A stretch of DNA of 64,000 bases. Origin: Eledone cirrhosa (taxonomy: Eukaryota). Shown here one piece after another: positions 25,737 to 38,509 of this stretch. Made by a program: the position numbers and the translations under genes. A model generated the notes under the pieces. It was given only the letters and a program-made list of their open reading frames with translations, searched no databases and was not told the origin of the DNA. The stretch is from NCBI GenBank assembly GCA_964016885.1, contig OZ024741.1, positions 165,354,001 through 165,418,000 of the forward strand. Reading direction: 5' to 3'. Numbering within the stretch: position 1 is the stretch's first letter; each line of letters opens with the position of its first letter.

Positions 25737-26448
25737 AAAGTGAATATAGTAGTGAGAGATTAGAGACCTCTTAAAGTGAAGAGAACCCAGGGTCCTTACA
25801 CTCTGAGATAACATGCATGACAGAATACACCCAGAATACACGTTTGGTAACCAAATGGAAACAATGCAGAGTAGAGAGGACTTTTCAGTTTTAGCAGTAC
25901 AGATGACAACATCTCTAGTGCTGGTGTTGCAATAAAAACCACCCTGTCCACTCTGTAAAATGTTAGTGATAATTGTTTCTGATTTAGACCCAAGGCCAAC
26001 AGTTTTGGGGAGGGGAAAGTCAATTAAATCAACCCCAGTACGACCTCGTAAGGATGATAGGTAAAACCTAACCTTGGCAGAATTTGAAATCAGAACGTAA
26101 AGGGACATAACTATGTCGCAAAGCATGGTGTCCGACACTCTACCGATTCTGCCAATCCATTGCCAAAGTGTTAGTGATAATGCCATAATAAAATGCACCC
26201 AGTAAACACTGTAAATTGGTAATGCTCATGCCACAATAAAATGTACACTGCACAATCTGTAAAGTGGTAATGATAGTGCCATGATAAAGTGCACCCACTA
26301 CATTCTATAAAGTGGTAGTGCTGGTCCCACAAATACACTCTGTAAAGCTGTAGTTCTGGTACTATGATAAAACTGCCTAGTACTCCCTCAGGAATCCAGC
26401 CATAGAAACCATGCCAAATATGGAACCTGTTCAATGTATGCCAAAATA

Positions 26449-26661
26449 CAAGGTGAGTCAAAGTAACCGGACAGTCCAACATTTATATTCCAAATGATAA
26501 TATTTACTAAAATTCTGGTCATACAATACAAAATTATAAATACATCAAACAAAAATATATTTCCATCACTGATAACACACAAATAAGCAGATATTCAAAA
26601 AGTTACTGAGAACTGTGAAATAAAAATGCATTGACTGCCCGGTTACTTATGACTCACTCTG
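26449..26661. mobile_element. Tc1/mariner-type MITE
   Basis: TIRs CAAGGTGAGTCAAAGTAACCGGACAGTC / GACTGCCCGGTTACTTATGACTCACTCTG; TA on both sides. Confidence 0.8.
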
Positions 26662-27794
26662 TAGAAGGTAGACATAAAATGATGATAATAATAATGATTT
26701 ATACTTAAGACACAAGGTCAGCAATTTACGGGGGGAGGGGGGAGTCGATTAAATCGAACCCGGTGCATTACTGGTGCTTTTTGACCCCGTAAGGATGAAA
26801 GGCAAAGCTAACCTTGGCTGGATTTGAACTCAGAATGTAATAGGCTGTAACTCTATGCTGCAAAGCATGGTGTCAGACTCTCTACCAATACTGCCAATCC
26901 ACCACCCTCCTGATGATGATAATAATTGTTTCTAGTTTTGGCACAAGGCCACCAATTAACCCACTGTATTACTGGTACTTTATTTTATCGACCCTGTAAG
27001 GATGAAAGGCAAAGTTAACCTCGGTGGGATTTGAACTCAGAATGGCAAGGGCCGTAACTCTATGCTTGGCGTCCGACCCTCTACCGATACTGCCAATCCA
27101 CTGCTCTGATGATGATAATAATGATACTAACTGTTAAAATATAACACTTTCAGAGTTAATAATTTCCTATGGAACCAGTTGCATTGTTTCTTTCATCTTT
27201 AGAATATAGTGGGATAATATTTATCAAAATATAGAGTGAGCAATTAAGGGATAGCTATAAAGAAACAGAGAAAAGCTATTTACTCTGCCTGTGAAGAAAC
27301 ATTACATGGCAGAAAAGAAGACAAGTGGTTGGTTGTTAAAGCAATAAGTGACCAACTGCAAAGTAAAACAGATCAAAGCAGAAGTGTATTAAAAATAGAG
27401 GAAGAAAGAACATTTGTTGTTATATAACAGTATTGTTATATAACAGCATTTACTTCATCACCATTTCCATCAATATATTGTGGGAGACTAATTGAAACTA
27501 TAAGATACTTTCCAGAATATTATTGGATCTGATCAGGGATAGAAAAAATAAAACTAAAATAAAACCCCATGATTTGTGGCAATAATAAAAATGGTTTCTA
27601 GTTTATGCAAGTAATTTCGGTGGAAGAAAAAGTTGACTAAATCAACTCCTGTACTTGACTGATACTTCATTTTATCAACTTGAGAATGATGAAAGTTAAA
27701 ATTAACCGCAATAGGATTTGAACTCAGAAAGTAAGGAGCTGGAACAAATACCACACCTAACAATTCTGCCAATCCACAATCCTCTTCTTCTTCT

Positions 27795-28612
27795 TATTAT
27801 TATTATTATTATTGTGTTATTCCATTTAGCTCAGTTCCGTTACTCTGTTATCGGGTTCAGGCCTTGAACCTAGAGCAATATATGTCTTCATTGTAGAGAG
27901 AGAACTTGTCTGAGAATGTGCAATGTTCCTAGTAGCCCAATCTTGTGTAGCTCATATTTGCTGATCATGCAGGGAAGGATGCTAAGGTGCAGGTCTGAGG
28001 ATTTGGGTGTTAATCCTAATGCTCCTATTACCACAAGGTATAGCGTTTGTGGTGATCCTCCACGTGTGGTTAATCTCTATTTCCAGGTCTTTGAATTTTG
28101 ACAGTTTTCTCATTGTTTTTATAGATTTATTCTTGTCAGCTGGTATGGAAATATCTACAAGACTACATGTCCCATCTGTTTTGTTTTTTATGATGACAGC
28201 TGGTGATATCTGGTCTGTTGACAGCGATTTCTCAGTCGGTTATCACAGGCATATCCCACTAGATAGATATGTTACCCGTTTCCATGACTACTTTTGGTTG
28301 ATGTTCATACCATTTGTCAGAAGTTTGGATATCATTAGAGCGGCAGAGCATCTAGTGCACATATTTGGCAATACAGTTGTGTCTTTCTATATAATCAGTT
28401 TTTGCCAGCTCAGGAGACCTGGAGATAACATGATCTACCGTGTCTTTGTATTTGTAGCATATTCTGCATAGAGGGCTAGTCCCATCTTTCACTATTCTGT
28501 GTCTATAGGCCTGAGTGTTTAGAGATTGGTATTGTGCAGCAACTAAGAGTCCCTCAGTCTCTGCTTTCAAACCAACACTTCTGAGACAGGATAGGGAGCC
28601 ATGCTGATCGAT
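27795..28612 (-). mobile_element. R4/Dong-like restriction-like-endonuclease LINE 3' fragment
   Basis: LKAETEGLLVAAQ.QSLNT.AYR...CRIC...TVDHVIS..PELA..YIERHN (CCHC-type region), then WD..V.TD..I..NRPDI; (AAT)n tail. Confidence 0.85.
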
Positions 28613-28658
28613 ATGTATATTTTAGAAACAATTATTATTATCATTATTTTTATTGCGC

Positions 28659-28838
28659 GTGGATTGGCAGTATCAGTAGAGGGTTGGACGCCATGCTTTC
28701 CAGCATAGTTACGTCCCTTTACGATCTGAGTTCAAATCCCGCCGAGGTTGACTTTGCCTTTCATCCTTACGGGGTCGATAAAATAAAGTACCAGTAATGC
28801 ACTGGGTAATTGCTGGCCTTGTGCCTAAAGTAGAAACA
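28659..28838 (+). mobile_element. SINE family 1 copy with 16-bp TSD
   Basis: TSD ATTATTTTTATTGCGC at 28643-28658 and 28839-28854. Confidence 0.9.
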
Positions 28839-28859
28839 ATTATTTTTATTGCGCATCAT

Positions 28860-29075
28860 TACTGCTTTACCGATTACAGCTCAGTGCGCCTTGGGTATGA
28901 GCAGTGAAGGTTTTGCTGATGTTGTTTCTATTGTATTGATTGTACTTTTCGTAATATGTGTGCAGTGCCTAGTAATGCCATTTTTGTATGCTGTATATGT
29001 TTATAAGTCCTGGGGTTTTGGTTATGCATTTGTCTGTGTGTTTTTTTTATCATTCCCAGAGCACCTATTATTATT
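28860..29075 (-). mobile_element. R4/Dong-like LINE extreme 3' fragment
   Basis: IIIGALGMIKK...KMALLGTAHILRK next to (TTA)n. Confidence 0.75.
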
Positions 29076-30214
29076 GTTATTATTATTATTATTATCATTA
29101 TTATTATTATTGTCATTGCCATCATGATCATTATCATTTTTATGTATGATCATCTATCCTGTCATGGGTTAGATGAGACATTTCTTGAGGGAGTATTCTA
29201 TAGCCGGATGCTTTTCCACATACCAACACTTGATTGTATTTTTGAAGAAAGCTACTAATCTTAACATATTAAACTACTGGGTCATGAAACTTTTACTTAT
29301 GTAGGATATTAAAACAAATGTGCCCACCCATGGTAACAATGTCAAAAACAAAACAAGGACAAGATGATAAACAAATACATACATGCACACACACATGAAT
29401 ATATGATGTGTTTCCATATAGTTTCTAACTAACAACTATCACCTACAAATCATCAATCAGCCAAAAGCTAAGTCAGAAATAATTGCTGAAGGTGCCACAC
29501 AGTGGGATTGAACCCCAAATCATATGGTTACAATGTTCACTCTACTGACATTTGTACATTATTCTATGTACTATACATGCACCTTTGATGAGTTGTAGTG
29601 CATCTGAGTACTGTACACAATAATATTCATTATTATTTTTAAACCTCCTAAATACACAGCCATGTCTGTGTGAAATATAGCATTTTTTATGTATTCTTAA
29701 CATATATAAAACTATATTGAAAGGGTGAAAACACAGATGAATGACAGTTATTAGATTAATATAAATATATATTAAATTAATTAGATAACAGTTTATATAG
29801 ATAAAATGTGTGTTAACAAAAAAGAAGACATATTTCCTATACACTAGAGTTAACTGATAAAATGCAAAATAAATGTCATATATTCCAATCGATAGTTAAT
29901 TAGGTATATTGAATAATGAGCTAATGCCTTTATCATAATCAATATAATTGCTAGGTAAAAAAAAAAGAAAAATATATAAACAAGAATACAAAAAAAATGT
30001 GAAGTGGGGGTCATAAACCTATTGATCTGTATAGAATGAAATAGTAGCTGTAACCTAAATATTGAGAGAAATGTAGTTAATTAGATAAAGGATCACTGAT
30101 GAGGTTATTTCATTACAGAAAGGTGTTTATTTCAGAATCCTGGTCAGAAGTTATGTTCTGATATAACTGTGGAGGAAATTCTAAAACATATTACACACTA
30201 CATATTTTATAATT

Positions 30215-30420
30215 TACACTACATACTCCACATTCCACACTCTACAATCCACACTACATATTCCACACTCCACACTACATATTCTACACTCCACACTACA
30301 TATTCCACACTCCACACTACATATTCCACACTCCACACTACATATTCCACACTCCACACTACATATTCCACACTTCACATTCTACAATCCACACTACATA
30401 CTCTACAGACTCCATATTAC
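30215..30420. repeat. 21-bp tandem repeat (CCACACTACATATTCCACACT)
   Basis: Direct reading. Confidence 0.88.
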
Positions 30421-30695
30421 ACACGCCATAATATATACTACATATTACACACTGCTTACTAGACACTACACACAACACACTACACATTACAAACTATATA
30501 ATACACACTATAATCTAAATCAGAGGTTCCCAAAGTGTGCGCAACCAACCTCCAGGGGGGCCTTGAGAAGGTCCAAGGGGGCGCTGGGGCTTAACGATTT
30601 TATTTATTATATATTGTTTACAATTTACATGTAGACAGGTCTTTCTGGAAATAGGGACAGTGGCCAAAACTACATAATATATCAGTACATGTTAC

Positions 30696-30873
30696 CAGTG
30701 CCAGATTTACCACTGTGCTTAGGTGTGCTTAAGCGCAGGGGCCCGTTGGCCAATGGAGGAAGGCATCTTCCTGCCAAAAAAGTGTTTTACGATGAATTAC
30801 CTCCTTCCGGGCCTAAGTAAGGGCCTCATAACTTAAATAGCACAGGGCCTCATTTATCCTAAATCCAGCACTG
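30696..30873. mobile_element. hAT-type MITE (second family)
   Basis: TIRs CAGTGCCAGATTTA / TAAATCCAGCACTG; 8-bp TSD CATGTTAC / CATGCTAC. Confidence 0.88.
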
Positions 30874-32593
30874 CATGCTACTTATTACAAACTACACACC
30901 ACACATTACATGCTATTGGATCGTCAAGTATGAAATTTATAGAAACCTTTTTTTTCTACATATTTCTACAAATTTCATACTTGACCCAATATATACTACA
31001 AAAACTGACACGCCGTCAGTTATGACAATGAGTGTTCCAGTTGAGATGATCAACGGAACAGCTTGCTCATGAAATTACTGTGCATGTGGCTGAGTATATA
31101 TTTAATGTAGTTCTTAGGGAAATTCAATGGCACATAATGTGACTAAGCTGGCCTTTCAAATTACAGGTTCAACTCATTTTTGCTAGCTGAGTGGACTGAA
31201 GCAACGTGAAGTAAAGTGTCTTACCCAGGGACACAATGCACCGCCAGAAATTAAAATCACACAGGACACCACCAAACTTGAACATCAATTCCAAAGAAGA
31301 CATTTTATTTTATCCTTTTGATACCAAACTACATAGGATATGAAACTGTTTGTACTAAAATGTTTATATCTAAAAAAAAAAACCATAACTTCATATAGGA
31401 ATTTTTGTTAAATTATATTCCAAACACCAGCTCAATAATGAGAAAATTATTTTACTAAATCTCTCCAAATTATTGATTATTTTCAAAATTATTTGAAAAT
31501 CATATGCATTGTCTTTCATTAGAAATATAGTAAACAAAGGAGTTAATGGGGAAATCTCATATTATACATATATATATATATACAGGGTGTCCCAAAAAAT
31601 TATATACACACTATTATTAGAATCCTGTTGAAGTGTGTATACATTTTTTGGGGGAACATACTGTATTTTTACCTAGTTCAATCTATTTTTTATTGTTTGT
31701 TGTACTGTGTTTTCTATTTGAAAGCACACTGGTTGAGTGCTTGTAGCAATAACCATATTTTTTCAATATGAATTTTTTTTGCCGTGATTCAGTTTAGCTT
31801 ACCTCCTCTTACTGCTAACATTACTTGCCACTAGCAACTGAGAGAGCTTAGCACGCCATAGTGTGTCTTTCCTAAACCAACATCCCGCTGACGAAATGGC
31901 CAAACGCCGAATTATATTATTACCTAATATTCTGCACATGACTGCACCTTTTGGTGCACGTCCAGCAGTTAGGGACCGTGGAAACTGTTATAGCAGTCTG
32001 GATACCGTATCTTCTTCAGTTATTATTTATAGACATATCACTTAATCCAATTTTAGTTACGTGGGATGTTCAAGGTTTTTCCCTACAACAACTTTTCATC
32101 CTTCTGAATTTCATAAAGTCAAATACCAGTTAAGTACTGGAGTTGATTTAAAGGATTAATCCCTGCCACACCAATTTGGGCCTTGTGTTTATGTGAGACA
32201 CAAATACTACTAGTATAATGATAAAGTTAAGTTAGCAAATTAGTAGTGTTATTAGGATGTTGGTTTAAAAATGACTCAGTATTAGTTCCAGCATACTGTA
32301 CTCAGTTTAAATCCTGCCATGGTTAATATTGCTTTTCATCCCTTCAAAGTCAACAAATAAAGTCCTAGTCGAGTACTGGGTCAATTATTTCTCTGTTTCT
32401 TTCTCTGGAAGAAATCAGCTATGTTCTGACCCAAAGAGTGATGAACTCTGCCAGGTTTAAATACCCAAGGCACCCCTATGACTCCATCAGGAGCTAAGAA
32501 CCCTATAATAAAGTAGCTTACATCTGTCATAATGGTCAAGGAAATAAATAGTGTCCACTCACAATGACACACAAACCAAATAAGGAGCTGCTA

Positions 32594-32800
32594 GGGGCCA
32601 GGGGCTGATCGGGCCAGGGGCTCGTCAAGCCAGAGGATCATCATGCCAAAGGTTCACCAGACCAGAGGCTGACCGAGCCAGGGGCTGACTGGGCCAAGAG
32701 CTGCCCGGGCCAAGAGCTGACCGGGCCAGGGGCTGACCGGGCCAGAGGCTGACCAGGGCAGAGGCTCATCAGGCCAGAGGCTCGTCAGGCCAGAGGCTTG
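32594..32800. repeat. GC-rich 16-bp tandem repeat (GGGCCAGRGGCTGACC)
   Basis: About 13 degenerate copies. Confidence 0.85.
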
Positions 32801-33142
32801 TCAGATCAGTACCATGTGGCATTAAGTGATTGAGTGTGCATGACTATACCCTTGACAGAACAGCAGTCCATCACCAAGTTAAAGTCTGTTCCAAGCTCAA
32901 ACACTGATCAGGCCAGACGTTATTCTGATTTCAAGTGGCAATAACAGAGTGTAAACAAGACAACTGCTGGATAAGATGCCAGGCTATTGCAAAATTAACT
33001 ACAAACCACTGCTTCTACTGTTGGTCTCATTTTTAAAGTTGTGCGGACTAAAGCAACACAAAATAAAGTGTCTTGCTGAATAACACAATGTGTCACCCAG
33101 TCCATAGACTGAACCTACAGCCTTATTATCATTACCTGTACA

Positions 33143-33195
<53 letters not shown>

Positions 33196-33216
33196 ATCTG
33201 CTAAACTATTACCAAC

Positions 33217-33339
33217 CTTAATCCATGGATGATTAAGAGCATCTTCAATTGTAATTCGTTTCTCTGGATCAACTTCCAGCATTTTCTTCACAAGATCTTT
33301 GGCAGATTCGGAAATGAAATCCCACTGTTTCGCCCGCAT
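33217..33339 (-). CDS. CASK: CASK exon: [41 protein letters not shown]
   Basis: ttttag|ATGCGGGCG...TGGATTAAG|gttggt, 123 nt, phase 0/0. Encodes the end of the CaMK-like domain. Confidence 0.96.
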
Positions 33340-33729
33340 CTAAAATATAAAATAATAACGATAACAATTTGTGCATATTTTTCATGCCCTATGTAACAGT
33401 GAGTCTGAACAAGAGGATAATCAGAGCCCACAGATTAATTTTAAATCATCTCTTCTTAGGGATAAATACAACAGAAACCTCTCCATTCCAAATATTTTCC
33501 AATATCTCAACATATTTACTTTTAGTGTTGCAATGATTATACCTGTGAGTGAGTCTTTTCTAGTATATCAAGTCACTAGTCAGCAATATCAATTGTGATC
33601 TCCTTTGTGAGGTTGAGTTTCTTGAGGTCATTCTTCACAGCTTCATCTTCCTTGATCTCTCTCTTCCACTAGTCCCATTCCAAAGTCTAAGTGTTCAGTA
33701 CATTTTAATACAACTTTTGTTTACCTTAA

Positions 33730-34219
33730 CCCTTTAGCATTTAAACTGGTCACATCTGGTCAGAATTCTCTCACCTCTTTCTGTTCAAACTGGCTGTAAC
33801 TGGCCACTCATACTGATCTCAAAGCATTGTTCTCAAAGCGATAACCAGCCACTTATATCAACATTAAGGTATTGTTTTCAAAATAAATAATACCCAAATC
33901 TCATAGATTCAATATTATGTGAGATAATTATGTAAGATAAAGCCTTTACCATGAAAATACAATAGCAAATATAGAGTAATGTAAATGCTAAAGGGTTAAC
34001 CCTTTAGCATTTAAACCGGCTGTATCCGGCCAGAATTCTCTCACTTCTTCTGTTCAAACCAGCTGTAACCGGCCTCTCATGCCAAAGTTAAGGTATTATT
34101 CTCAAAATAAATAATATCAAAATCTCATAAATTTGATATTATGTGAGAAAATTATGTTAGATAAAGCCTTTACCATGAAAATAAAATAGTAAATATAGAG
34201 TAATGTAAATGCTAAAGAG
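33730..34219. mobile_element. Two tandem TTAA-flanked (piggyBac-like) MITEs
   Basis: TTAA-CCCTTTAGCATTTA...TAAATGCTAAAGGG-TTAA(33996-33999)-CCCTTTAGCATTTA...TAAATGCTAAAGAG-TTAA. Degenerate TTAA-type relatives lie at ~9290-9600, 18380-18925, 31310-31545, 55820-56050 and 62640-62835. Confidence 0.85.
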
Positions 34220-34602
34220 TTAAACATCATACTTTCGTACCAGAACAATCATCCCTCTTGTATACTACATCCAATTCTTCTTATAATCAGCTTTTCTTTC
34301 AATTTATTTGTGCCCTGTTATTCATGCGCACTAACATTACACATCCAGCAGATCATTCTCACCTCATCTTTTTCTAGTCATCACAAATCTTCTGGATCCA
34401 TGGCCAACATATCACAAACAATCAACAAATAGTTTGAACATACATGAGTCTGTTGAATGCTCAGCCACTTACACATTAATTTCATGAGTAAGTTGTTCCA
34501 TTGACTGAACAACTGGAACACTCATCATCGAAACTGATGGAAATCCCTCTCCTTCCAAGAGAGAGAGAGAGTGAGTGAGTGAGTGAGAGAGTGTGTGTGA
34601 GT

Positions 34603-34645
<43 letters not shown>

Positions 34646-35184
34646 TGTGTGTGGGTGTACATGTGTGCGTGTGTGTGCATGTACAAGCCCACACCTATTT
34701 GTCTCCACCCTGTAGCTCTAGGCTCAGACTTTATATAACACCAAGTAAGAAAACTCTATTCCTCCAGTTGTGATCAATCGATATGTGAAGATATGTGTAG
34801 ATAACAACAACAACAACAACAACAGCAACAGCAACAACAACAAAAAATACAAATTAAAAAAATCACTAATGTAACAACAACTGAGAGAATAATAGAAAAT
34901 ACAATGGCAAGAAACAGCAAAACTGATTTCAAAGACAAACTTCAAAGACGAAACAGGCAGATTCTAAATATTGGATGACATATACTGAAGCTTGAAACTG
35001 AGAGTGATTCACTTCCAAAGATCAGAACAGAAGCATCAGCATAATTCAGTCTTCAAGGTGTCAAATATTTTACATTATCATTAGAGATTTTTATTATCAT
35101 TACTATTATTATTATTACTATTATTATTATTACTACTATTATTATTATTACTACTACTACTACTACTATTATTATTATTATTAT

Positions 35185-35535
35185 TGTTCTTTGAGTCTCA
35201 GTCATTGATGTTAGTTAACTGGAAAGTTTGTTGAAATGAATATCAAGCCACTACCTGCAGCCTCAGATATTCAGGACGTATCGGAGGGTTCTTGCTGTTC
35301 CCAGCAAGCATGCCTTTTGAAGTGTTCCAAAAAGCGTGAAGGGGCCAATTTTCTTTAACCATCCCTGGAAACTTTTTGAGATAGTCCCCAGTGCGCCTAT
35401 GACAATCGGGATCACTTTGACTTCATGGCAGTTCCAAATCCTTTTTACCTCCCACTTTAAGTCCTGGTATCGGTTAATTTTCTCCCTCTCCTTCCCTTGC
35501 ACTCTCGTATCGAATGGGCAGGCCACATCCACATT
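35185..35535 (-). mobile_element. R4/Dong-like LINE 3' fragment inside (TAA/TAG)n
   Basis: VDVACPFD...KINRYQDLKWEVKRIW..VKVIPIVIGALG...LQKACLLGTARTLR; triplet microsatellite on both sides. Confidence 0.88.
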
Positions 35536-36085
35536 ATTATTACTACTATTATTATTACTACTACTACTATTATTACTACTACTACTATTACTATTATTAT
35601 TACTATTATTATTATTACTACTACTACTATTATTATTACTACTACTACTATTATTACTATTATTATTAAGGGCGGTGGATTGGCAGTATCGGTAGAGGGT
35701 CGGACGCCATGCTTTGACGCATAGAGTTTCCTCCCTTGCCATTCTGAGTTCAAATCCCGCCGAGGTTAACTTTGCCTTTCATCCTTACGGGGTCGATAAA
35801 ATAAAGTACCAGTAATGTACTGGGGTAATTGCTGGCCTTGTGACAAAAGTAGAAACACTTATTACTATTATTATTATTACTTGAAAATAGTAGTAATAGT
35901 AATAATAATAATAATAATAATAGTAGTAGTAATAATTGTTTCTACTTTTTTGGCACAAGGCCAGCAATTATCCAGTGTATAAAGTACCAGTAATACACTG
36001 GATAATTGCTGGCCTTGTGCCAAAAAAGTAGAAACAATTATTACTACTACTACTATTATTATTATTATTACTACTATTTTCAAGT

Positions 36086-36520
36086 TTCACTTGAAGAGGA
36101 AAATGAGGGTGGAGAGGCAAGTGGTGCCTTCTAGCAAGTTTGTTGAAAGGTGGGTGAATGTAGCGAGAGTGGTCCGAGTGAACGGGACCGCTCTGAATAT
36201 ACGCCTGTAGTTTGAGAAATGGAAAAATTGCCCTGGTGGTCAGGGTGGCCTGGTGGTCTTTTGTGTGGTTTTCGCCACGAGTAACCCTCGGAGGTTTCCC
36301 CCCTATTGGGGAATTTTTCATTGTTTCAATTTTCATTTTTATTGTTTATATATATATATATATGTTTCTATGTCTTTTTTTTTCTTTTCTTATATAAATA
36401 ATAAAAAATATTTATACGCACAAAACCCACATCGTACCGCCCTGTACCGCCTGTAATGTTTTTCTTGATGTCAGCCCTTGTGGCCAATAAAGAAATCATT
36501 ATTATTATTATTATTATTTC
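36086..36520 (+). mobile_element. L1/Tx1-like LINE 3' end
   Basis: ...FVERWVNVARVVRVNGTALNIRL*, then a T-rich 3' UTR ending CCCTTGTGGCCAATAAAGAAAT(ATT)n. A related remnant lies at ~1400-1612. Confidence 0.55.
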
Positions 36521-37064
36521 ATCTGATATATTTCTTCATTTCATGAAAAAAACAAGCTCACTGGATCGATATCGCAATAAGGTGTGTATATGGATTATTT
36601 CAATCCCCCCCCCCCCCAAACGCTAGAGACGTTATAAATAATCCATATTCCCATCAATGGCACAGCGTTGCTAACAACTGGGCTGCTTACTAGATAACAT
36701 TCTATGCCATACAGTGTTACACTGGGATGTCAACTACATAGCAATCCCTGTGTATATGTATGTGTGTATAAGTATGTAATGTATGTATATATATATATAT
36801 ATACATACCTATACACACATACATATACACATACACATATATACATACACACACACACATATATACATATACACACACACACATACATACATATACACAC
36901 GCACATATATATATACATATACACACATACATATATATATAAGGTGTGTGTATAAATGGATATCAATAAATTTAGAACCACCTTAAAGTATGTATATATT
37001 TTCTTACATATTTTCTATATATGTGTACAAATTGCTATGAGACATATGCCTTTTTCTCCTCTCC

Positions 37065-37117
<53 letters not shown>

Positions 37118-37279
37118 AATCTTGTAGCATCATCATTGTTGTGTTAGTCTCCCCTTTCCCTGCAAACAAGGGTTGGACAGATCCATATAAACCAAGTCAG
37201 TACTGAAGTGGAGCCACTGATCTCCTAGGCAGGCCAGGGCCCTATGTGCTTATGTACAGTCTCATGTTCCATCGAGTGC

Positions 37280-37790
37280 TCAGGAGAGGTTGTCATGCCT
37301 TTGACCCAACTGAGTATGCTCCCGACCCTTTGTTTGGCAAGATATCTACAGCTGGATGCCCTTCCTATCAACAACCACTTTACAGTATGTACTGGAGGAA
37401 TTTATCCTGTAGATCACCAATCGTAGGTAGGTTGTCATGCCCTTGACATGACTGAAGGGTCCTCCCTACCCTTTGTCTGGAAAGTTTTCTATGGCAGGAT
37501 GCCCTTCTTATCACCAACCTAGGTGCGTCTATCATGTAAATCACCAACACTAGGGAGGTTGTCAAGCCGTTAACACGACTGTAGGGTCATCCTGACCCTT
37601 TATCTGCCAAGCTTTCTACCCTTCATAACATCAATCACTTTTCCATGTGCACTGGGTGTGTTTATCATGTTGCTCACCAACACTAGGGAGGATATCATGT
37701 CCATTACACGACTGAAGGGTCCTCTCAACCCTTTGTTTGGATGGCAACCTCTTAATGGCTGGAAGCCCTTCCTATCACCAACCACTTCAC
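37280..37790. repeat. Degenerate ~120-140-bp tandem array derived from the SINE family 2 3' module
   Basis: GAGGTTGTCATGCC...ACGACTG...ACCCTTTG...GCCCTTCCTATCACCAACC recurs about four times. Confidence 0.65.
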
Positions 37791-37974
37791 AGATGAGGGA
37801 GGGTGCCGGGAATGTGGTGGGGGTGAAGTAGTGAAGTTAGGAATAACTGTTGGGGATTGCTAGTGGAAGGGCGAGGATAGGTTAGGTCACATTTTAAGCT
37901 GCAGGTTGGATCTTCTTCAGCACTGTATAGTGCCAGCCCTTGTTGCGGTTTTTAGTCATTTACGTTGTAAGAAT

Positions 37975-38430
37975 TAGCTTTGTAAGGTCAGGCCTTACAA
38001 CCTCATCCCATGTCTTCCAGGATCAGCCTCTTACACAGGTCCCAGCAACTGGGGTTTTCTCTGCATTTCTTTATGCAGCTGCTATCATGCACATCACATA
38101 GCCATACCAATAGTCATCTCTCTTGCACACAACAACTACTTTCCTCAGTGTGCTTATACTATGTCACTCATGCACACTAACATTGAACATCCATCAGAGC
38201 ATACTCAACTCATTTCTTTCTAACTTTTGCAGGTTGTCTACAGTCAAGACCCATGTTTCACTGCCTTGTAACATTGTAGTTCAGTTAGCACACATACATC
38301 CTACAGTCTACTCTTCTACTCTTTACTCTGAGAGGTAAGTATCTTAGTGTTAGCAGTAGTAATAGATCTCTTAACTTCTTCCAGTCTGTTCTTATCCTAC
38401 CTATCACACTTCCAGTGCATCCCACCCCCA
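37975..38430 (-). mobile_element. Degenerate RTE-like LINE fragment
   Basis: Minus strand retains HGSETW-like and WYG.V...KTWDEVV-like stretches with many lesions. Similar remnants lie at ~23590-23900 and ~61670-61860. Confidence 0.6.
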
Positions 38431-38451
38431 CTACTTACTTGATGACCCAGG

Positions 38452-38498
<47 letters not shown>

Positions 38499-38509
38499 AT
38501 ATATTTTAT

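Noticed and set aside
30096-30130. CTGATGA...GAAA as a hammerhead
   Set aside because: No convincing stems and no palindromic stem III; expected by chance.
31888-31915. CTGACGA-GGC/GCC-GAA motif (and CTGATGA-AGGAC/GTCCT at 23299-23279, minus)
   Set aside because: The GAAA box and stems I/III are not recoverable. They may be old remnants but cannot be supported.
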